Assembly (NCBI GenBank): GCA_039208735.1
Contig: JBCCQY010000118.1
Location: forward strand, 1 to 28,095
Reading direction: 5' to 3'
Source: Myxococcota bacterium
GTDB taxonomy: Bacteria; Myxococcota_A; UBA796; GCA-2862545
Length of the DNA: 28,095 bases
In this document: positions 1-7,276 of the stretch, piece after piece
Position numbering within the stretch: position 1 is the stretch's first letter
Layout: every line of letters begins with the position of its first letter
The notes under the pieces: generated by a model
The model's input: the letters and a program-made list of their open reading frames with translations, nothing else
What the model was told of the DNA's origin: nothing
Database searches by the model: none
Position numbers and translations under genes: made by a program

Positions 1-643
1 CTCCGTCGAGTTCCGGATCGGGCAGGAAGGGCTGGGGAAACGGATCGAGCGGGCCGCCGGGTTCAGGGAACGGATCGGACGCGGGGTAGCCCGCAGTGAA
101 TGCATCGGGTGCGGGCGGAACGGGACTGCGACCGGGGGCCGCAGGGAACGGTTCGATCTCGGCGTCCCACGCTCCGCGAGCCGCATGTTCACGAGGCGTC
201 ATGGCCCGTAGCGGCGCAATGTCCTTCGTCGGCGCTTCATCCGCCTCGCGGGGATCCGGTCGAAACCCTGCAGGCACCGGTCGGCTGTCTTTCGAAGGGG
301 AGGTGTCTTCGAACAGCAATTCTCCGGTGTCTTCTGCCTCCGTGCCGCGACCATCGGCCTCGGCAAGCACGGATCCTGCGTCGTTTACCGCGACGCGGTG
401 GGGGCTTGGCCCGACCGAAACTGGCGCCGGCCGAGGGGTCTCGCCGTGGGGAACCAGCGTTGCGGGCAACCGCCGAGGCGCGGCGAGGGGCGTGCCCGAA
501 CGGGCTGGCGTGGTCATGGGCGGATCGGTGTGCCGTGGCGGACGAGGCCGTGCCGGGCGGGGTCGTGGCGGCAAGTTCTCGCCAAGTCGACGAGCCAACC
601 ATTCCTTGACGCGCTCTTCGGAGTCGGGCTTGTTGTCCGGCAT
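1..643 (-). CDS. Pro-rich, probably disordered hypothetical protein (N-terminal part; runs off the left edge)
   Basis: Hand translation from ATG at 643 (MPDNKPDSEERVKEWLARRLGENLPPRPRPARP...DPFPEPGGPLDPFPQPFLPDPELDG) shows no stop before position 1. SD GGAGG (653-657) lies 9 nt upstream, next to the pheT stop. Absent from the ORF track because it is truncated. Confidence 0.7.
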   Translation of the reverse strand, partial: MPDNKPDSEERVKEWLARRLGENLPPRPRPARPRPPRHTDPPMTTPARSGTPLAAPRRLPATLVPHGETPRPAPVSVGPSPHRVAVNDAGSVLAEADGRGTEAEDTGELLFEDTSPSKDSRPVPAGFRPDPREADEAPTKDIAPLRAMTPREHAARGAWDAEIEPFPAAPGRSPVPPAPDAFTAGYPASDPFPEPGGPLDPFPQPFLPDPELDG

Positions 644-649
644 GGGGCC

Positions 650-2728
650 TTACCTCCGGTGAACGCCCACCGCGGTGAACCGTTTCAGAACGGCGGCCAC
701 GAGGGTCTCCGTCATCTGGTTGACGTCATCGGCAGTACGCTGGTTGTCGTCGTTGCTGTAGCTCAGCTCGAACGTGATGCTTCGAACTTGGCTCCCATCC
801 TCCTCACCGACAAAGACGTCCACGACATCGACGAACGAAAGCCCTTCGGGGGCGTCGGCCAAGAACGCGGCGCGCACGTCTCCGGCGGGCGTGGGGGGAG
901 GAACGGCCAACGCCACGGTGCGAACGATCGGTTGGTGAACCGCGGGCTCCACGAAGGTAGGCCGCATCCCAGGTCCAGCGAGGGCCGCCTGCTCGATTTC
1001 AAGATAGCAAGGCCGGATTCGCTTAATCTTATACCGCTTGAGCACCGCCGGATGAACCTCGCCCAGCACGCCGACCGTCTCGCCATCGAGGTGGACGACG
1101 CCGGCTCGACCCGGATGGAGGAAGGAGGCGAGAGGATGCGCTGCATCGAGGGCTTCCACCGTCAGTGCGAGCCCCGTCTCGGTGGCGATCTCTCGCACCA
1201 CGCCCACCAAGAACCGTGCGTCGAGGGCTTGACCTTGCCGCTCACCAAAGGACATCGCCCACATCAAGCTTCGTTCGGTGCAGGGGGCGGCGGCTTCGTG
1301 CGGTGGGGTGTCGGCTGCGTTCAGCACTCCGGTTGGATGAAAGGTCCTTGTCCACTCGAACATCTGGCCCGCCAGGGTGCGGCGACGTTCATTGACCACG
1401 GCGGCTTCAAGGGCCTGATGAAGCGCATTGTTCTTCAGCAACGAGTAGGCGCGGTCGAGGGCATTTTGCGTTTCGACGTGCGCGAAAAGAGGATGGTCCT
1501 CGGCAATGCCGAGCTGTTCAAAGACCTTCCGACCGTAGAAACCGTCGGTGAACACCTCGTAGAAGCCTTGCCCCAACAGGGCCTGCTCGACGCGGTCCCG
1601 CCGCAATTCCCAGTCCGAAGGTTGGGCCCCCATTTGAACGGGCGGAAGTTCGATGGGCGTTTGGTCGTATCCGATCGACTTTGCGAGTTCTTCGAGAAGG
1701 TCCGCCTCATGGTGAACATCGGGCAGCCGCCACGAGGGAACGTCGACCTCGAGCGTTTCGTCGGCGATGCTCACGCCGAATCCATACCTTCGAAGTCGAT
1801 CGCCCAACCCGGTGGCGCTCTCGTCGGTGCCCAGGAAATGCTGCGCATCGGCCAAAGACAGCGTGAGCTGACGTGGAGCGGGCAACGCGCCCACAACCTC
1901 ACCCGTCGTGCCCTCGACCTCCCAGCCCGCCTGCTGCAGCAGCTCCACGACTCGGCCTGCCCCAACCAGGGGCCGTTCATGGTCGGCTCCCCGTTCGAAT
2001 CGGGCTGACGAGTCCGTAAAGATCTGGAGAGCCCGACTTGCGATGCGAACAGCAACGGGGTCAAAGGTGGCCGACTCGAGCAGCAGGGTGGTGGTCGAGT
2101 CGGTGGTGCGCGACTCTTCACAACCGATGACCCCGGCGATGGCCAGGATCTTCTCGTCATCGGCGATCACTACGGTGCCTTCGGGCAGCGTCACCTTCGC
2201 TTCCGCGAACAGTGGCCAAGCCTGCTCACCCGATCGCGACGTGCGAATGGTGATGGGGCCCACGATGGTGTCAGCATCGAACGCATGGGTCGGCTGACCC
2301 CATTCGAGGTTCGCGATGTTGGTGGCGTCGACGGCGGGTCCGACCGGGTTGAGCCCGGCCGCCTGCAAGAGGCGCTGTGCCTCGGCGGGCAGTTCCCCGT
2401 CGCCTCGTTTCACCAGCCGGGTGGCCGTGTATCGAGTGCACAACTCCGTCTCGAGCTTGAGCTCGATCGGCGAGTCCCCGACGGTGAGTTCGGCAAAGGT
2501 GGGCTTCGTTAGCCCCGTACCCAAGCGGCCGTCCAGCTCGCGGGCAATGCCTTCGTAGCAGTGATGGTCACCGCGATTGGCGAGCAGCTCGAGGTTGAAC
2601 ACGGTGCCGACCTCATCGGTCTCCACCCGTTTGACCTCGAGGCCCTGCTCATCGAGCAACCGGCGCGTTTCGGCTGGGTCTTCCGGCACCGCAACGTAGC
2701 GGCGCAACACGTCGAGTCCGACCCTCAT
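650..2728 (-). CDS. pheT: Phenylalanine-tRNA ligase beta subunit, short form (about 692 aa, no B2 OB-fold)
   Basis: Motifs ANRGD...GIARE, VDATN...GQPTHAFDAD, LAIAGVIG, LLESATFDP, SARFERG, VPSWRLPDV..EADLLEELAKSIGYD, GVLGEVHP, and a C-terminal anticodon-binding-like domain (DVF...RSITFELSY). Start moved to ATG 2728, which overlaps the pheS stop (ATGA). Confidence 0.95.
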   Translation of the reverse strand: MRVGLDVLRRYVAVPEDPAETRRLLDEQGLEVKRVETDEVGTVFNLELLANRGDHHCYEGIARELDGRLGTGLTKPTFAELTVGDSPIELKLETELCTRYTATRLVKRGDGELPAEAQRLLQAAGLNPVGPAVDATNIANLEWGQPTHAFDADTIVGPITIRTSRSGEQAWPLFAEAKVTLPEGTVVIADDEKILAIAGVIGCEESRTTDSTTTLLLESATFDPVAVRIASRALQIFTDSSARFERGADHERPLVGAGRVVELLQQAGWEVEGTTGEVVGALPAPRQLTLSLADAQHFLGTDESATGLGDRLRRYGFGVSIADETLEVDVPSWRLPDVHHEADLLEELAKSIGYDQTPIELPPVQMGAQPSDWELRRDRVEQALLGQGFYEVFTDGFYGRKVFEQLGIAEDHPLFAHVETQNALDRAYSLLKNNALHQALEAAVVNERRRTLAGQMFEWTRTFHPTGVLNAADTPPHEAAAPCTERSLMWAMSFGERQGQALDARFLVGVVREIATETGLALTVEALDAAHPLASFLHPGRAGVVHLDGETVGVLGEVHPAVLKRYKIKRIRPCYLEIEQAALAGPGMRPTFVEPAVHQPIVRTVALAVPPPTPAGDVRAAFLADAPEGLSFVDVVDVFVGEEDGSQVRSITFELSYSNDDNQRTADDVNQMTETLVAAVLKRFTAVGVHRR

Positions 2729-3816
2729 GGCCGCCCCCGATACAGCTGGTGATGGACGCGGAGGTCCTGTTGGTAGAGGGTGGCCGCGGCTTCCACTCCT
2801 CCCCATTGAGCGCCGAGCCGCGTGGTGCCGAGGCCAAACGCGATGCCCGAGACCTCCGAGGGGTCGTACCCAAACTCTGCGAACACGTTGGGGTGGATCA
2901 TCCCTGCTCCCAACACGGTGACCCAACCCGCGCCATGGCAGGCCGGGCAAGGCTTCCCGTCGACGGTGCCCTCTCTATGGCAGGTGCCACACGAAAGGTC
3001 CATGCCCACCGAGGGCTCAGTGTAGGGGTAGAACTTGGGCTTGAAGCGGATCCGGTGCTCATCGCCAAACAAGGTGCGCGCCACAAACGCGAGCGTTCCT
3101 TTGAGGTGCGCGAACGTGAGCCCACGCTCGACCCAGATGCCCTCGAACTGGTGGAACATGGCCGTGTGCGTCGCATCGACCGCCTCGTTGCGGTACACCC
3201 GACCGATCGAAGCCACGCGGAAGGGGGGCGTGGGGCGGGTGTCTTTGGCCTGACCCGGTTGAAACGGGATCGAACCGCCAAGCACCCGAGCCTGGACCGT
3301 CGTGGTGTGGGAACGCAGGAGCCATCCGCCATTTACCCAGAACGTGTCTTGCATGTCGCGGGCGGGATGGTGCTCGGGAATGTTTAGCGCATCGAAGCAA
3401 TAGTATGGATGCTCGACCTCGGGCCCATCGATCGCCTGAAACCCAAGTTGTCGCAACATCATCATGGCATGACGTTCCACCTGGGTGATGGGATGCCGAG
3501 CCGCGCGAGGTGCGGCGGATGACGGCAAAGTCAGGTCCTGCCACTCCGCCTCGATTTGTTCGGCGATCGCCCCTTGCTCGATGGTGGTTCGAGCCGACTC
3601 GATCGCGTCTTCGATCGTGGTCTTCGCGGCGTTCAAGGCCGCCGCCACACTACGCCGCTCGGCAGGTTCGATCTTCTTTAGGTCTTTGAACGCGACCTTC
3701 ATGGCACTCTTGGAGCCAGAAAGGTGCTCCCGACGCACCTGCTCGAGGGCATCGAGATCTGAGGCGCGGGCGAGGGCGCCGCGGAACGCGTCCAGCAAGG
3801 CATCAACGTCGATCAT
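2725..3816 (-). CDS. pheS: Phenylalanine-tRNA ligase alpha subunit (about 363 aa)
   Basis: N-terminal coiled coil; FDALNIPEHHPARDMQDTF, LLRSHTT, GRVYRNE..DATH..MFHQFEG, PYTEPS, GAGMIHPNV, GIAFGLG. Start ATG 3816 (MIDVDALL) with an AGGAAG-like SD; the longer ORF-track start is unlikely. Confidence 0.96.
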   Translation of the reverse strand: MIDVDALLDAFRGALARASDLDALEQVRREHLSGSKSAMKVAFKDLKKIEPAERRSVAAALNAAKTTIEDAIESARTTIEQGAIAEQIEAEWQDLTLPSSAAPRAARHPITQVERHAMMMLRQLGFQAIDGPEVEHPYYCFDALNIPEHHPARDMQDTFWVNGGWLLRSHTTTVQARVLGGSIPFQPGQAKDTRPTPPFRVASIGRVYRNEAVDATHTAMFHQFEGIWVERGLTFAHLKGTLAFVARTLFGDEHRIRFKPKFYPYTEPSVGMDLSCGTCHREGTVDGKPCPACHGAGWVTVLGAGMIHPNVFAEFGYDPSEVSGIAFGLGTTRLGAQWGGVEAAATLYQQDLRVHHQLYRGRP

Positions 3817-3841
3817 CAGGTCTTCCTGTGGGCCCAAGGTA

Positions 3842-3873
3842 GCCGAACCCGGCGCCCAGTGAGCGGGTTCGGC
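3842..3873. promoter_or_regulatory. Perfect 10-bp hairpin about 25 nt upstream of the pheS start
   Basis: GCCGAACCCG (3842-3851) and CGGGTTCGGC (3864-3873) are exact reverse complements around a 12-nt loop. Function unknown. Confidence 0.35.
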
Positions 3874-4007
3874 GGGTTTTCGGCCGCGCCTGCGGAGTAT
3901 CATCGTGGTTACCGCAAATCCTGACCGTTTCAGACCAAGACGATCCTCGCCGATGGGCCTCCTGAACCGCGGCGGGCTTTCTGTTGGGCCCGCATCTGGA
4001 GCGTTCG

Positions 4008-4103
4008 ATGTCACACCCTCTCGTAGCCACCATGGCTCCCCGCCTCGTCGGCGTTGTCGTCGTGTGGGCAGGTACGGTTCTCGCCGTGTTTGTCGGCGCC
4101 TAA
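4008..4103 (+). CDS. Candidate 31-aa single-transmembrane small protein
   Basis: ATG 4008 to TAA 4103 encodes MSHPLVATMAPRLVGVVVVWAGTVLAVFVGA, with GGAG 6 nt upstream and a 19-residue uncharged hydrophobic C-terminal stretch. Below the ORF-track length cut-off. Confidence 0.4.
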   Translation: MSHPLVATMAPRLVGVVVVWAGTVLAVFVGA

Positions 4104-4176
4104 GCTCGCGGCGCGCGTAATCGTCTGAACCGCATTGGGCGAGCCTGGCGACCCATCTTGAAGTACATAGCCGAGT

Positions 4177-5382
4177 ATGGCCCAATTGGACCTGGATCCG
4201 GTCGTCGATGATCTGCTTGCTCCCACGATCGACCGCCTACGGGCGATCCTCGGAGCTTCTCCTGGTCCCGACCTGCGGGTCACGGTGGGCGAACGGCCCG
4301 ACTATTTCGTGATCGACGGCACTTCCGTCGTGCTGTCAACGTCGTTGTTGGGGCCGGACCTCCACCATCCTCGCGATGCGGCTTCCCTCGTGCCCGTGGA
4401 TCGGTGGCGACGCGCCGCTGCCTCGGTGCTCGAAGCGGCCACCCTGGTTCGACTTGGCGAAACGTCGCAGGTCACCTGGCAACCCTTGGGGTTCGCCATT
4501 TGGCAGGCCCACCGTTGGTACCCAGAGCTCCAGGTCGCGCTTGCGGACCTCGCTCGTGCGCGCCAGAACGGAGGATTGAGCCACGATCCGCGCGCAGGGT
4601 ACGCCGTGTTTCGCGCGATCGAGTGTTCTGGCTCGGATCCGACGGATCGGTTCGAGGCCTGGCGACAAGGCACCCCCGTTCCTGTGGAGGACTTCCTCGC
4701 GTGGGGTCGTTGGGTTCTGGCTGCAGATGGTGCCCAGGCCGAGCTGCCGGTTCCCGTCCCCCGCCCTCCTGAGGTCGACATTCCGTGCACCCTCCAACCG
4801 TTTTCGTGGCAGCGGCTCTCGGTCCCTGCCAACATGCGGGGAGGCCAGATCGAAGTGGCCGGGCCGGGGCTTGTAGACGACCCGTGGGGCGTTTCAGACC
4901 AGCCATTGACCGCCCTCGCTTGCGCCACCGAAGCTGAGGTTCGCTTGACCGCCGCCCCTGGCGGTCCGGTAGGGCGTTGGCAACTCCGTAGTGCCGATGG
5001 GTTTGGACAGGTGATGGGGGCCCGCGGGTTCACGCTTACCTTCGAACGCAATGGCACGATCACCTTTGAACTCGCCGATGCGTTCGTCGGTCCCATCGCC
5101 GCCCTCGAGATGGCCGAACGAATGGGCACGAGCGGGTTGGTGCGGGGCCGATGGCAGGTGGCGGGCCCGTTTTTGGTGAGCTTGACGGGCCTCGATACCT
5201 CGGCACTCACCATGCACGGCCACCAAGACCCCTTTGTGCTGCCCGCGCAGGGATTGGGGCTCGCCCAGTCAATTCAGGCCATGACCGCGAGCCCCTGGCG
5301 ATGGCAAATCGCCGAGGATCTGCTCTCGCTCAAGGGAAGCCTGCAGGGAGCCTCCGTCGAGGTGCGACTCGCTCGGGCCTGA
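4177..5382 (+). CDS. Hypothetical protein (401 aa)
   Basis: Long ORF of ordinary protein composition, 14 nt upstream of the next gene. No family recognised with confidence. Confidence 0.75.
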   Translation: MAQLDLDPVVDDLLAPTIDRLRAILGASPGPDLRVTVGERPDYFVIDGTSVVLSTSLLGPDLHHPRDAASLVPVDRWRRAAASVLEAATLVRLGETSQVTWQPLGFAIWQAHRWYPELQVALADLARARQNGGLSHDPRAGYAVFRAIECSGSDPTDRFEAWRQGTPVPVEDFLAWGRWVLAADGAQAELPVPVPRPPEVDIPCTLQPFSWQRLSVPANMRGGQIEVAGPGLVDDPWGVSDQPLTALACATEAEVRLTAAPGGPVGRWQLRSADGFGQVMGARGFTLTFERNGTITFELADAFVGPIAALEMAERMGTSGLVRGRWQVAGPFLVSLTGLDTSALTMHGHQDPFVLPAQGLGLAQSIQAMTASPWRWQIAEDLLSLKGSLQGASVEVRLARA

Positions 5383-5396
5383 GCGAAACTGCAGGT

Positions 5397-6143
5397 GTGA
5401 GCACCCTGCACGACTGGATCCGATTCTTCGACGACCCTCAAGGGGCGCCTCCAACGCTCACCGAGCGTGATCCCCTAGGCACCCTACTCGTGCATCTGGC
5501 CTATGCGGATGGCCTGGTTCAAGGTGATGAACTCGCCTTTTTCGAGAGATTGCTGCCGCGGGACTCCGACGCCGCCCGGTGGGTGAGCAGCCAGGCCACT
5601 CGGCCTGTCGACCTCGATGCATTGGCCCCGCTGATGGCGACCCCCGACGACCGCCGAGCCCTCCTCGCAGTTGCGGCACGCGTCGTGGGCCTCGATGGAG
5701 CCATTGCGACCGAAGAGGTGATCGCCCTGCACCGCATCGCGGACCACTTTGGCTTCGATCGCAGTGCCATCCGAGTCGCGTTGGACGAGGTCATCGGGGC
5801 CGGAGGCGCGATCGATGCTTCGGCGGTCGAGCATGCGGTAAACACCATGGTTTGGCGCCATTTGGTGGTGCGTAAGGCAACCGAACCCGACGCGTTGGTC
5901 GTGCTGGGTCGGCCCGAACATGACGCGGCGGACGTGATCGTGCGCACGGACGGGCTTTGGGCGCGCTTCGATGAGGGGCCCGCGACCATCCCCTTCGCGG
6001 ATATCGTGGCCTACACGCGACTCCCCGTACGAGGACGAGCGTTCCATCTCCGTACCGACGGAAGCGACCACAGCTTGGTCCATCCCTCGTTCCGCGATCT
6101 GGGGTGCTTGCTCGACAGGATCTACGGTCGTTCGGCGGCCTAA
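5397..6143 (+). CDS. TerB-like domain protein with an extra C-terminal domain (about 248 aa)
   Basis: Two TerB-type half motifs, LAYADGLVQGDE and VVGLDGAIATEE..ALHRIADHFG. Start inferred at GTG 5397. Confidence 0.75.
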   Translation: MSTLHDWIRFFDDPQGAPPTLTERDPLGTLLVHLAYADGLVQGDELAFFERLLPRDSDAARWVSSQATRPVDLDALAPLMATPDDRRALLAVAARVVGLDGAIATEEVIALHRIADHFGFDRSAIRVALDEVIGAGGAIDASAVEHAVNTMVWRHLVVRKATEPDALVVLGRPEHDAADVIVRTDGLWARFDEGPATIPFADIVAYTRLPVRGRAFHLRTDGSDHSLVHPSFRDLGCLLDRIYGRSAA

Positions 6144-6209
6144 GCCTTTCTTCCGCAGGATGACCGACCCGCCGCCCGACCTGCATTACCACGGTCCGAT
6201 GGAGGTCCG

Positions 6210-7223
6210 ATGGCCCACGATCGGCAATTCGAGGAGGGGACAACCCTCGACCGCTTCCTGATGGACACGCTCGCCGACCGTCCGAGCGCGACCGGGACGT
6301 TCGTCAACCTGTGCCAGAGCATTGGGCTCGCGGGCAAGATGATCAGCGCGCAGGTCAACCGCGCGGGTCTGGCCGGAATGTTTGGTTCAACCGGCGATGT
6401 CAACGTGCAGGGCGAATTCGTCCAGAAGCTCGACGCCTATGCGAACACGACGTTCGCCAATGCGCTCCTCCATCGCGGTCACACGTGCATGGTGGTCTCC
6501 GAGGAAGAGGATGATCCGGTTTACGTCGATGAGCGCTACCACTCCGGCCGCTACGTCGTCACCGTCGATCCCTTGGACGGTTCGTCGAACATCGATTGCA
6601 ACGCGACGATCGGAACGGTCTTCGGTATCTTTCGCCGAATCACCGATGAAGGAGGCCCCGCGGAGCTACGCGACGTGCTGCGGCCCGGGCGGGAACTCGT
6701 AGGGGCCGGCTACGTAATCTACGGCTCCGGAACCGTCTTGGTGCTCGGCACCGACGCGGGGGTGCATGGGTTCACCCTCGACCCGACCGTCGGAGAGTTC
6801 TTCTTGTCCCACCCGAACATTCGCTATCCTACGGGCAAGACCTACAGCTGCAATGAGGCGTACTCGGAACGCTGGGCTCCGGGCGTTCGAACGTGGCTTC
6901 GGCGCGCGAAAGAACGGGGGTTTAAAGCCCGCTACATTGGGAGCCTGGTCGCCGACGTTCACCGCAACCTGCTGAAGGGCGGCATCTTCTTTTACCCTGC
7001 CGATACGGGTGCACCGCAAGGCAAGTTGCGCTTGCTCTATGAGGGATCCCCGCTTGCCTGGCTTATCGAACGTGCCGGAGGAGCCGCGACCGACGGGAAG
7101 ATGCGTATTGTCGACAAGACGCCCAGTGAACTCCATGAACGGACCCCCCTGGTGCTTGGGGACGCCGCGCTCGTCGCCGAACTGACCGAGCTGATGGTGG
7201 CCGATCCGCTATCTGTCGAATGA
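6210..7223 (+). CDS. fbp: Class 1 fructose-1,6-bisphosphatase
   Basis: NVQGEFVQKLD, SEEE, DPLDGSSNID, GYVIYG, RYIGSLVADVHRNLLKGGIFFYP, GKLRLLYE, LHERTP; SD GGAGG upstream. Confidence 0.97.
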   Translation: MAHDRQFEEGTTLDRFLMDTLADRPSATGTFVNLCQSIGLAGKMISAQVNRAGLAGMFGSTGDVNVQGEFVQKLDAYANTTFANALLHRGHTCMVVSEEEDDPVYVDERYHSGRYVVTVDPLDGSSNIDCNATIGTVFGIFRRITDEGGPAELRDVLRPGRELVGAGYVIYGSGTVLVLGTDAGVHGFTLDPTVGEFFLSHPNIRYPTGKTYSCNEAYSERWAPGVRTWLRRAKERGFKARYIGSLVADVHRNLLKGGIFFYPADTGAPQGKLRLLYEGSPLAWLIERAGGAATDGKMRIVDKTPSELHERTPLVLGDAALVAELTELMVADPLSVE

Positions 7224-7276
7224 AGCAGGCTCGCCCAAACGTTACCTCGCCCGGATAGCAACCAAAGGGAGCACGC

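Noticed and set aside
398..2008. Long antisense ORFs (also 4302-5213, 11242-12729, 14997-16523, 23432-24781)
   Set aside because: They mirror well-supported genes, have no motifs, and are expected in GC-rich DNA.
2729..2950. N-terminal extensions in the ORF track for pheT (also pheS, TerB-like, radical SAM, 1057-aa ORF, sigma54 activator, RRM)
   Set aside because: They overlap neighbouring genes or read as non-protein-like; downstream starts have SD sites or stop/start coupling.
5397..6143. Tellurite resistance operon
   Set aside because: Only a lone TerB-like domain; no terC/terD/terZ genes nearby.
6193..6213. Direct repeat GGTCCGATGG x2 at the fbp start
   Set aside because: Only two short copies overlapping the SD and ATG; no evidence of function.
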